64,000 nucleotides of DNA from Podarcis gaigeae (taxonomy: Eukaryota), in NCBI GenBank assembly GCA_964106915.2, contig OZ066921.1. The stretch is one strand, 5' to 3'. The translations under genes were made by a program, and so were the position numbers. The notes below the pieces were generated by a model, which saw only the letters and a list, made by a program, of their open reading frames with translations, did no database searches and was not told where the DNA came from. This document shows, piece by piece, positions 12,098 through 22,970 of the stretch; position 1 is the first letter of the stretch, and each line of letters starts with the position of its first letter.

Positions 12098-12179
12098 AAA
12101 TAATAATGCATCTATGCTCATGGGGTCTGAACTGGCAGTGACTGACCAGGAATGAGCCATTGGGGTCATAGTAGGTAAC

Positions 12180-12780
12180 TCAATGAGGATGTCTACCCCA
12201 GTGTGCAGCAGCTGTGGAAAAGGCATACTAGGGTGGAAAAATTAAAATAAAACTTTCAGTATCATAGCACCATTATACAAATATATGGTAAGATATGGTG
12301 GAAGTTTATAAAATTATTCACAGCATGGATAAAGTGGGAAGAGAAAAGTTTTTCTCTGTGTCAGCACTAGAACTCATGAACATGCAGTGAAGCTTAGTGT
12401 TGGAAGATTTAGGATTGGCAAAAGGAAGTACAGTCATACCTCATGTTACATTTCATGTTATGTTTTTTCATTTTGCGTCCCGCGGCAAACCGGAACTACC
12501 GGAAAGGGTTACTTCTGGGTTTCGCTGCTCGCGCATGTGCACAAGTGCCAAATCACACCGTGCACCTGCGCAGATACGGCACTTTCAGGTTGCGGGCTTT
12601 TCATGTTGCGAACAGGCCTCTGGAACAGATCCCGTTCACAACCAGAGGTACCACTGTAATTCTTCACACAGTGCATAGTTAAACTGAAACCTGCTCCTAC
12701 AGGAGACTAATGGCAACCCATTTGAATGGCTTTCAGTGGCTACTGGCCATGATAGCTGTGGTTTGGCTCAAGTTAGAGGC
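12180..12780 (+). mobile_element. Degenerate CR1 LINE 3' fragment interrupted by a MITE
   Basis: CR1-type ...ggaagatttaggattggcaaaaggaagta|ttcttcacacagtgcatagttaaact. Confidence 0.55.
12431..12656. mobile_element. Tc1/mariner (Tigger-like) MITE with TA target duplication
   Basis: TA-cagtcatacctc ... gaggtaccactg-TA. Confidence 0.75.
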
Positions 12781-13730
12781 AATAATGGATCCAACAACTT
12801 AGGCCTAATTTTTGTGTAAAGGAGTGGATTTAGCAGACCGATGAATTAGGAAGTTGCTGGTTCAAATCTCACTTTACCATGAATTAGCTAGACCATCTTG
12901 AGGAACAGCTCTTTCAGCTTTAGGATCCCAATCAAATTCAGCAAAAGTATTGGCTTCCTTTGCAGCACAATTGTAGTTAGCTCTACCTTGTAATCCTTGG
13001 TAGGTGGCAAACTTTAGTGCTAAGTGATTTTCGAGCTGTATTCAGGATGTTCCCTATTAAACTCATACAGGTTAAAGCATTTAACATCCGTCAACATTGT
13101 ACGTAGTTCCATTTGTTCAACGTACACAACAGGTACTACTAACCTTTACCCTTGATACTGCGTGTGAGGCAATAAACTAATATGGGTGGGGCAGAAGCTG
13201 CTGCATGCTCATTTAGACATTTCGATCAGTTTATGTTGGCTACTCATGTTTTGTTTCCCACTTGTGTGCAATTCTCATCTTGCTCTCATTTTTCAAGAAG
13301 CTCTTCCTTTCACCCTTCCTTCCCCCTCCCCCTTTTGAAACATTTAAATTGGTTTTATCTTACACATTCATCCTGATTTTTTATTTTAATATGCTGTTAG
13401 TTTTTGAGAATACTAAGCTACTCAATTCTGCCTTTTAGATAAATAGATTTATATATTTATTTAAGGTGGCTTTGTGCCCCTGTGTGTCACAATGTGGTTT
13501 GAGTGGTAGTCCTACCAGTTGGTTAGTATCTGTGCAGAGTGGCTAATGCTTAAGTTGCTGAAAGCAGTTTTGTTGTAATCTAAATTGTAGTGTAGCTAGC
13601 CGATTCCTTTGTCTTTAACCTTGCTGCTTAAATGCTAAAAGTTCCCTAGCTGGATTTGGGCTAACCGATAGATTTTGACTACCCACTATGTATTTCACCA
13701 ATATTGGCTACCCTCATGAAAATAAAATTT

Positions 13731-13813
13731 AAAAAATCCCTTCCAGTAGCACCTTAGAGACCAACTAAGTTAGTTACTGGTATGAGCTTTTGTGTGCATG
13801 CACACTTCTTCAG
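13731..13813. mobile_element. Penelope-like element fragment
   Basis: gtagcaccttagagaccaac...atgagcttt...cacttcttcaga resembles the terminal motif of reptile Penelope-like repeats (recalled). Confidence 0.45.
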
Positions 13814-14520
13814 AAAATAGTTTATTTCATGAAAATAATTTATTTGGCAAGTGGAAAGATTTCTGTTCAGTTCTCATCTTCCTTGATCTCTCTGCCACCC
13901 CTTGATACAGCTGATCACAATTAAGTTGTGATTCCCTTTAAGCCCTAGGTCCTTGATTCTGTCCTCAGTTGATTCTCTTCCTAACTGGCTAATCATTATT
14001 TATTTAGAAAAGTATATATATGTTGCTCTCAGAAAACATTGGGGTTTTATATATCAACATTATAGCAATCCTTTAAAAGCAGTACAGAACGATCATTAAA
14101 ATGACTGGCTGCTCAAGAAAATGCTAAGCAATTGCATAGGCATTAAAAAGTCTTTAAGAGATGCTTGACAGTCAAAAGTAAGGGTGCCTGCCAAATCACT
14201 GCTGCAAAAGTGTTCCACAGCATGGGACACCAGTGACATCAAATGACTGACTTCTAGTTGAGGCCAGTCAGACTTCTAACACACAAGAGGAATGTCTTCC
14301 TCTGCTTTCTCAGTTTGTAGGGATCCCTTAGGGTTCTGTTTTTGGCCCTCTGCTATTTCTCTTGGTACATTCTTTTTGGGTAACCTCATCACATACTGTG
14401 GCTTTGCTACCACTTGTATGCTAATGCTGTACAGCTGTACCCCCCCAAAAATATTTATTTCCCTCCAATCCCACATCACTTCTCTGATATTTCCACTGGG
14501 ATGTGTCATTGTTGCCAGTA

Positions 14521-14746
14521 CAGTGGACCCTCAGGTTACGTTACCTTTTGGTAACGTAACTTTCGGGTTGCTAATGCAGCAAACCCGCAAGTGTATACTT
14601 CCAGGTTTCACCGCATGCGCAGAAGTGTTTTGTCACGCCGCGCGTGTGCGCAGAAACTTTGTGTGTGCGCAGAAACTAGATACAGACTTTTCAGGGTACA
14701 TATGGACCCATGGAATGAATTAAGTTCATATCTGGAGGGACCACTG
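14521..14746. mobile_element. Tc1/mariner (Tigger-like) MITE with TA target duplication
   Basis: TA-cagtggaccctc ... gagggaccactg-TA; interior similar to 12431-12656. Confidence 0.75.
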
Positions 14747-15285
14747 TACATCCACAGCCAAACGTCTCATCTTTCCTCCCGTCTAGCAATCTCATTTACA
14801 CTTCCTCTATTGCCCACTTCATCAGGATGAAATCTTTGTTTCTCTGACTCTTTTTTTTTTTTTTGCTTTTGTCCCATATTCAGTCCATCCACAAATCAAT
14901 GCCACTTCTCTCCATATATTACAGAATGATCATCTTTCTTCAGCAGAATTTCAGGCCTTGCAATCTTTTCCGCATTGGTCTTGGAAGTGGCCTGTAAAAC
15001 TGAAAGCAAAACTGGTGAAGATTTCAAGATTGCCTTGTAAACATGAAGCAATTATATCATTTCATAAGTTTGGAATCTATATTGGCAGGACAATAACCTA
15101 TTAAGAAATCTACAATCCTAATGATAAGCTTCCATCAAGAGAGGCAAATGCTAATGAACAGATCATTTAAAATTATTTTTAAAAATTGTATATTTGCTTA
15201 AAACAATAATTCGGAGTTGGTACTTGGGTACACATCTTATACATGACACTTCATGCTGTTGAAAGTGTAAATAAACTCCTGTGTT

Positions 15286-15620
15286 AACGTAAAATTTATT
15301 AATGATTGGAGCAAATTTATTACATACATAGAAACAAATTTAAAAAATATTAAAATTACAGTAGGTGATATATAAAGTCTGAGAGGTGTAGATTGAGGTG
15401 ACAAAAAGACGCCGCAGGAAGATAATGTGGGAATGAAGCTCAAACCGTGCTGGAGGGAAGTCAAACACTGTTATGTTAAGTTATGAATGTCTGTGTTTTT
15501 GCTTTGTGTTTGTTGGTTTTGTTTGTTGTTGTTTATGTTAGTAGGCTTGTACTTTTGTTCTATGTTGTTATTCTGCTTGTTTTCTTTTTCTTTTTTTATT
15601 AAGCTTTTTCAAAAAATAGA
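15286..15620 (+). mobile_element. 5'-truncated L1-type LINE with 24-bp TSD
   Basis: aaagtgtaaataaactcctgtgtt at 15262-15285 and 15621-15644; insert encodes KFINDWSKFITYIETNLKNIKITVGDI*, then a GT-rich UTR and A-rich end. Confidence 0.7.
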
Positions 15621-16052
15621 AAAGTGTAAATAAACTCCTGTGTTCTCATTAACAAGTGAAGACTATTCATAATTCTATAGATCTGAATAAAATAGTCTTT
15701 TGCTCCGATTGGACTCATTGACTGTATTTGGACAATACACTAAACAGGGATTTTAGTGTTCTTTGGCTTGTGCACTACTTCCCTCTTCCAGTGCAACCTA
15801 GAGGAGGAAAGCACTTGTTTTTTATTCCACCTTGGAGTGGCTTGTTATGCCCAAACTAGGGCCAAATGTGGTTAGTTTTAATTCTGGTCGGTTTGTCTGA
15901 ATAGGGCAACTTCAGACTGTGGCTTATGATGCTGACTTTGAATAAACCACAAGCCTACCAGTAGCCCCAGATTGACTTTCAATACAATTTTCTCCCACGC
16001 CACGCTCACCTATGACTTCAGGTGTGGGGCAGGTACTGCTGTGGCTCTAGAG

Positions 16053-16190
16053 CAGACTTTCTCAACCTGTGCGTCCCCAAATGTTGTTGAACTACAACTC
16101 CCATCACTCCTAGCTAGCAAGGCCAGAGCTCAGGGATGATGGGAGTTGTAGTCCAACAACATCTGGAGACCCACAGGTTGAGAACCGCTG
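16053..16190. mobile_element. hAT (Charlie-like) hairpin MITE with perfect 8-bp TSD
   Basis: TSD ctctagag at 16045-16052 and 16191-16198; the whole element is an imperfect palindrome. Confidence 0.85.
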
Positions 16191-16695
16191 CTCTAGAGAA
16201 ACAATTGGGAGCATTACCGTGATCTGCCACTTGTTCCTTTTAGCTCCCAAATGCAGATGATCCTTGACTCGCTTTCATTGCTGAATTGAAATTCAATGTC
16301 AAATACAAGCCCTCCTTTTGGAAGGGTAAGTGGCAGAATATTCTTCTGCGGAATAAACTTCCTCTGCAGTCCCAATTTTAATTAAATTTGGGGCTGGAAA
16401 GTATCCAGAGTGTACTTTGAGTGCTCTTTGATTCTTCATTTGAAGGTGGTTCACAGATGGTGTGGCAGTTTTGGATTCAGCCCTCGGGGCCGGATCTAGT
16501 TCCTGACCCCTGAAATAAACTATAGTTCAAACTGCCTTTAACAGCCTTATCAAATCTGCAACCTTTTGCTTGCAAAGCAAGTGCTTTCCCATAAAACTCT
16601 GGCCTGTACCATCATTACATTTACGATTGTTTAGTTATACATGACCAGTCACTAGCAAATAGATTATGTATAATCATTGCTGTTTTGTCCTGCAG

Positions 16696-16784
16696 GTGCC
16701 ATGGTTCAGAACAGAGTGAGAATACTGGGAAAGAAGAGCTGAACATACAGCATAAATTGATTATATAGGCTAACTGGAAAAAAA
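16696..16784 (+). other. CNOT1: CNOT1 exon 2, 5' UTR part (the rest, including ATG, is in the N gap)
   Basis: Acceptor ttttgtcctgcag|GTGCCATGG; resembles the start of human exon 2 (recalled); the N-terminal MNLDSLSL coding segment was not seen anywhere else in the window. Confidence 0.7.
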
Positions 16785-16988
16785 NNNNNNNNNNNNNNNN
16801 NNNNNNNNNNNNNNNNNNNNNNNNNNNNNNNNNNNNNNNNNNNNNNNNNNNNNNNNNNNNNNNNNNNNNNNNNNNNNNNNNNNNNNNNNNNNNNNNNNNN
16901 NNNNNNNNNNNNNNNNNNNNNNNNNNNNNNNNNNNNNNNNNNNNNNNNNNNNNNNNNNNNNNNNNNNNNNNNNNNNNNNNNNNNNNNN
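16785..16988. other. Assembly gap (204 N)
   Basis: Run of N. Confidence 1.
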
Positions 16989-18769
16989 ATTAAAAAAAAG
17001 AAATGAAAAGGGTATCCACAACTTACTTTGTACTGTTTATATTCCCTCTTCTCACTGCTTGGTTTAGTTGCTAGAACAACCTTCCCCAACCTGGTAATCT
17101 CCAGATGTTGTGGATTACAGCTTTGACCACAGACCATGTTAACTGGTTGATGTGATTTGTAGTGCAAAACACCACAGGCCACTAAGATCTTACTATATTT
17201 TGCTTGCTGGGAGTTGACAATTGCCAAGTTTATTAAATTCTAAGTAGTTTTATATCTTATTTATCCTGTTATTTCATCTTTTTTTGTTTGTTTGTACCTG
17301 AATTGATTTACGACATTGAGTTTAATTACTCAGTGGTCCTGTAGAGTTATTGCTCATTTTCATGTTTATAACAGAGTTCTTTGGAGTATTTAAAATCAGC
17401 CTCTCCTGACCTTCTTTAAATGTCTTGTAGTAATTTAATGCAAAATTAAATTGGCAATAGTTCATTCTAGGCTGAATTTATTGCAAGTGTTATTACAGTT
17501 TGTTTTCCTTATTAAATGAAAATTGTTCATTCTACTTCTATTTTTCATAGTTACAAAAGTAGTTGCCTCTTTCTTTTTGTTGTCTCCAGGTCTGCATTCC
17601 TTTTTTGAATGTTTAGATTTTAAAAAAAGGGGGGAAAAGAATTGAGGCTGGTACTGGTGGTAGAAATGATGGTGAAAACAGTGAAGTGAACCTTCAGGTT
17701 TGCAGTTCCTTGCCCAGTGTGGCTAGTAATGTCATTTAATTCTCAACCTGGATGAGATGTGAAAAAGTAAATGTGGAAGAAGTGTAGCATGAAGTATAGT
17801 GACCTGAAGAACAATTACTTCAGGGCAACATCTTTGTGGCAACCATATGCCCACGTTGTTGCTGCCCTAGTTTTTCTGCAAACCTTTGAAGCTGGCAGAG
17901 GGTTTTTGGTTAACGGTGTGTTCTGGTCTTCTTCACTTGAAGGGTCTTATACTCAGTACTACTTAGAAGTATGCTACTTTGATCCTTGTTTACATCCAAC
18001 TTTCAAATGCCTTTTAACTTTTGTGTTTAAGGTCTTTAAATAACTGATTCTTTTGTAAAATTTTAAATTTTCATTTTATAGTGTATATAATATGGAGAAC
18101 AATTATAGACCAAAATTAAAACATGAAAAACAAAACTATAAAATATGCACGTAGGAGGGGGAAATAAGACTTTAATATTGCAAGTAGACAATAAGCAATG
18201 CAAAAAAAGAATTTGAGGATGACAGCTGCTAAAAACAAAAATCAACAACTACAAAATACTTCAGTAGTTAGAGACCATCTAGGGAGACAGCTGGACCTTT
18301 GAACAGTAAAGGAGTCAAAAGCTGTCTAAAGGAAGAAAAGGTGAATGCAGAGAAGCTGAATGAATTCACAGCAGAAGATATAAGGAAACCCCCTGTGCTT
18401 CAACTTACACTTGCTCTTTCTTCATTGTCAAAATAAGCTGTTGCATCTTCTTTAAAAGAAGCTACAAGTCGGCCCAGCCTGGATCCAGATGATATTAACT
18501 ATAGGCCAGTGGCTAATGTTTCCTTATCGGTTTATTGCAGTGCACTCTATGGGGTTCCCCTTGAAGATGGTTTGGAAGCTGCAACTGGTACATAATATAG
18601 GAGCTAGCTAGGTTACTGCTGGGTGTTTCTGTCAGGGCTCACCTTACGCTGGTCCTGAAAGATTTTGTGCTGGTTGCCAATTTGCTGCTGAGCCCAGTCT
18701 AAGATGTTAATATAAAAAGCCCCAAACAACTGAATACTAGTGACAAATGAGAGGGCTGCCACCCAGAGT

Positions 18770-18811
18770 GGCTGGAGAAGCCCGGCCAGATGGCTGGGGT
18801 ATAAGTAATAA

Positions 18812-18858
<47 letters not shown>
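18770..18858 (+). mobile_element. L2-type 3' end with (TTA)n tail, within older L2 debris (about 18470-18930)
   Basis: gccacccagagtggctgg...ggggtataagtaataaa(tta)n. Confidence 0.6.
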
Positions 18859-18859
<1 letters not shown>

Positions 18860-19213
18860 TATCTCCCTTCTGGGGTGTGTCATTGTAACATTTTCAGTGT
18901 CAAGTTAAGACATGCTTCTTTACCAAGCCTTTCAGGCAAGTGGATGCTTTCCCTTCTGCTGTATTGCTGCACTCCTGTTTTGTTGTTCTTGTGATTTTGT
19001 TTAGTTTTCTGAATTTAGCTTAGGATTTTAATGAACTATATATTGTTTTCAACTGATATTTTGTATAAAATTTCCATGTCCATTTGGTGATGTGTGGGGC
19101 TGTAAGTATTTTTTTAAAAAGAAAATTGTAAATAAATCCTTCCTCACAAGGTGATCAAGAGAGTAGGGGCCTGCTCATTCTAATTATTCTTAGATGAATC
19201 TGATTATCTAGAA

Positions 19214-19349
19214 CATGGTCGGAAACCTCTGACCCTCCAGCTGAACTACAACTCCCGTCAGTCCCAGTAAGCATGGCTAGTGGCCAGGGTCAGGGATGAT
19301 GGGAGTTGTAGTTCAGCAACATCTGGAGCGCCACAGTTCCCTGCACCTG
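19214..19349. mobile_element. hAT hairpin MITE (same family as 6642-6771)
   Basis: gaactacaactccc ... gggagttgtagttc palindrome ending cacctg. Confidence 0.7.
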
Positions 19350-19409
19350 CTCTGATACGAAGTAAACAAGCTGTGACTTGTTTGCTTGTCTGCGAGGTGA
19401 GTCATGGTC

Positions 19410-20013
19410 TGTTAAATAACATTAACCACAGTTTATGTGCAAACACAGCCAATATGTGATTCATTGCACACACATTATCAAAAGACTGCACTGGCAAAAA
19501 GGTGCTTTCTCTTCTTCCGCTGCTCAGTAATAAGCTTCCAGTGTCCTTTACGAAGCTTTAGGCAGGGAAAAAATATTTGAGAGGTGCTTTATCAGATTGT
19601 AGGGATGCGGGTGGCGCTGTGGGTTAAACCACAGAGCCTAGGACTTTCCGATCAAAAGGTTGGCGGTTCGAATCCCCGCAACGGGGTGAGCTCCTGTTGC
19701 TCAGTCCCTGCTCCTGCCAACCTAGCAGTTCACAAGCACGTCAAAAGTGCAAGTAGATAAATAGGTACCACTCTGGCTGGAAGGTAAACGGCATTTCCAT
19801 GTGCTGCTCTGGTTCGCCAGAAGCGGCTTAGTCATGCTGGCCACATGGCCCAGAAGCTGTACGCCGGCTCCCTTGGCCAATAAAGCGAGATGAGCGCTGC
19901 AACCCCAGAGTCAGCCACAACTGGACCTAATGGTCAGGGGTCCCTTTACCTTTACCTTTACCTTATCAGATTAGTTTTGAATTGTCTGTCCCTCTTATGG
20001 TTCCACAGTATAA
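19410..20013 (+). pseudogene. Duplicated fragment of the CTSA-like last intron and exon inside CNOT1 intron 2 (interrupted by a SINE)
   Basis: 19410-19481 matches 6799-6870 at 68/72 nt; 19997-20013 is identical to coding 7041-7057. Confidence 0.8.
19602..19962 (+). mobile_element. Sauria SINE, full length
   Basis: tRNA-like head with B box ggttcgaatccc, (ACCTTT)n tail, TSD ttatcagatt (19589-19598 / 19963-19972). Confidence 0.9.
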
Positions 20014-20701
20014 TAGGAGTTGTGATTCAGCAACATCAGGAAGGCCAAAGGTTCCTAACCCAGATCCATTTCTGTTAGGCTTCTAACCTGGTTTGGAGCC
20101 AAAAATTACCCTGGTCATCCTGTAGGCTGATCTTTGCTGGCAGATGGGAAATGGAACCTTGTTGACTCTCCTGGACCTCTCAGTAGTGTTCAGTGCCATT
20201 AATAATAATGTCCTTTCAGTTCAGCTGTCTGGTTTAAGTTTGGGAGGTACTGCTTGATGCTTGTTCTGCTGAGTTCTATTCATCTGCCCACACTGTTTAA
20301 CATCTTGATGAAGACACTGAGAAAGAGCATCTGAAGATTTGTTTGAAGGTGTCACCAGAATGAAGATGATACTCAGCTTTATATTTGTTGCTCATCACAT
20401 GCAAGTGAGGCTATGCACGCTGCTTGGGCATGGCAATGAACTGGATGAACTCTTAAAAACAGAGGTTCAGGGTGGAACTGAACATCACACTATGATGAAT
20501 GTCCCTATTAGTACAAGCAATGCAGCTTGCCAGATGGAATGATCCTCCTCCTCCTTCCTGTGCACTGTTTTGGGGATTCTTCTGACCTCCCCTTGCAGCC
20601 AGTTTTGGGGGTAGTGGAAGAAGGAGAGCAAGGAAAGCCCTGTTGTGCAAGTGGAAGCCCTCTTGCCCATAGTCACAGAAGATTAGAGGTATTGATTGGT
20701 T

Positions 20702-21306
20702 CAGGGTGGTCCATTGCATGACCTAAGGGCCACATGCAGCCCTTGAGGCTTTTTTTGGCAGCCCTCGGCAACATTTGACACAGACCCACCCCATTCTTCA
20801 CACTGCCTTCCCAAAGCTGGTTAAGTGAGGAGCTGGGCTTTGGGAAGGAAGACTGAAGGCTGTAACCATGTCCTAAGAGTCCTCCCACCTCCTTCCCAAA
20901 GCTGGGAAAGAGCTAACAAGGCTTTGGGAAGGAGGTGGGAGAACTGTAGGACCCTTACAGAGCTTCATGCCTCCTTTCCAAAGCCTGGCGTCTCACTTAG
21001 GCAGCTTTATGAAGGCAGTGTGAAGGCTGGCAGTGTGGGGGGGGGGCAGCAGTGGCGTAGCGTGGGTTGTCAGCACCCGGGGCAAGGCAAGTAATTTGCG
21101 CCCCCTTACCTGTGGATTTGCGCCCCCTAACCCTAACCCCCAGATGTTGTGCCCGGTGCGGCTGCCCCCTGCACCCCCACGCTACGCCACTGGGGGCAGC
21201 ATCAAATTTTGGCCATGCTCCGATGTGTGCAACAAGGCAGTGTGCAGCCCATGGGCTCTGTCAAATTACCATTGCTGCCCACTTGGTATGAAAAGTTGGC
21301 CTGCCC
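20702..21306. mobile_element. Probable hAT non-autonomous element inside old L2 debris (about 20100-21930)
   Basis: Ends cagggtggtcca / ttggcctgccct; internal ttcccaaagctgg repeats. Confidence 0.45.
21050..21192. mobile_element. Young MITE with perfect 17-bp TIRs
   Basis: CAGTGGCGTAGCGTGGG / CCCACGCTACGCCACTG; flanking ggggcag duplicated. Confidence 0.8.
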
Positions 21307-22656
21307 TATTTGGTTGGTTTATCTATCCAGGTGAATAGTATTCAGCCTGTTCTAGATGGTGTTCTACTCTCCCTAAAGGATCAGGTGTCCAACTGGGGGT
21401 GCTTATTGATCCAGCACTGGAGGCTCAAATGATCTTACAACTCAAATTACCTATTCTCAGCTTTGGTGGATACACCAGCTTTGACCTTGCCTGAGTGGTG
21501 ATACCTTGGCCACAATTGCCCATCCTCTGTTGACTTCCCGTTTAGACTATTGCACTGCATTGTATGTGGGACTGCCTATAAAAATGGTTGAATAACTGGT
21601 TGGTTCAGAACAGGAGTTAAAAGGTTTTAACTAAGACTGTGCAGTTTGATCATATGTCTGTGCTTTGTTCAGCTGCGCTGGTTCTCCATCTGTTTCTGGG
21701 GCTAATTTAAAAGTGCTGGTTTATAAATAGCAAGCTGTGTACCTACCTGAACCTTAAGATCTTTTGGAGGCCCTGCTCCTGGTGCCCCCACCAAAATAAG
21801 TGAGGGCGGTAATCTTTCAGTTGTGATACCCTGATTATGAGACAGCCATTTCTGGGAGGCTTGTATTATCCCATTCATGTGGTCTTTTGGCCACCAGGTA
21901 AAATCTTTTGTTTCACTCAGGCCTTCTGAAAGAGTGGTGTGGTTTGGGCCTCTCAATTTTTAAAATATTGTTTTAAAATATTCAGTTGCCTTCTTGTTAT
22001 ATTTATGCTGCTTTTGGTCGTAGAACTTACTTTGTATTAAAATAGCTTTTATATTTAATATAAGTAACCCAGATAAATGACAAATCTTCGATTTTGGACT
22101 CAACAGGAATTACCTCAATTATATGCATACTATGCAATATATTTAGGTTGCTTTTTTATTTTCTTTTGCTTAGTGCTAACATGCTCTACTTTAAAAGCAA
22201 GCAGATTTTCTGTTTATTAAAGAGTAATTTAAATTATATCCCTTTTCATTTTTACAAAGTGGTTCTAAGCCCTCCCTATTTTTCTGGGTCATTGGCCCAT
22301 TTGAAGACTGCTAGGGTCACTTGCTGCTGTACTTGCTTCCCCCTTCAGTCTGGCTTGTCATGTTGCCTGACAAACCACAAGCATTAAAGTTCATTTTTGG
22401 CTTGCTACTTTAGTTTTTTTGGGGGGGAAACCAACTAAGAGCCCAGGTTCGGGTGACATCAGAAGTCAGACGCTGTGGCATTTGAGCAGTGTTTATCACC
22501 ACACTGTTCAGTCATGTTAAACCAAAACTTGTTTAAACTGTAGTTTAATGTGACCTGGACACTCTGTGACTTTCCCTTATTTTCTCCTTTTTGCTACTAG
22601 CATGGACCCTGCCAGAAAGCTGTGTGGCTCCTGCTCCTTAAGAGTGCAGCTGAAAG

Positions 22657-22807
22657 TGGTAGAAACACTCAGTTAGAACATGGTCTGATAAACACCAAGG
22701 TTGAAGGTCGATCCCCATAAGGAACAGCTGCATATTCTTGTGTTGCAGGGGGTTGGACTAGATGATCCTCAGGGTCCCTTCCAATTCTACAGTTCTGTGA
22801 TTCTATG
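22657..22807 (+). mobile_element. SINE with tRNA-derived head and CR1-type tail
   Basis: Degenerate tRNA head; tail gggttggactagatgatcctcagggtcccttccaattctacagttctgtgattctatg. Confidence 0.7.
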
Positions 22808-22862
22808 TAGTTACAAATGCTATGGTACCTCGCTTCAGCTCTTTTGTTTTTCTTGCAACTAG

Positions 22863-22970
22863 ATTGTGAATCGGCACGGCCCTGAGGCAGACAGGCATTT
22901 ACTACGCTGTCTATTCTCGCATGTGGATTTCAGTGGCGATGGTAAAAGTAGCGGTAAAGATTTCCACCAG
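22863..22970 (+). CDS. CNOT1: CNOT1 exon 3
   Basis: [36 protein letters not shown]. Confidence 0.95.

Noticed and set aside
11611-12111. 166-aa minus-strand ORF and spaced ttcgtcttgcgaa repeats (superficially array-like)
   Set aside because: Internal repeats of a Tigger-like MITE in a eukaryotic intron; neither CRISPR nor a gene.
16706-17227. ORFs spanning the N run
   Set aside because: Artefacts of the assembly gap.
19602-19685. tRNA-like sequence with A/B boxes (also at 32359 and 22657)
   Set aside because: SINE heads continuous with SINE bodies and tails.
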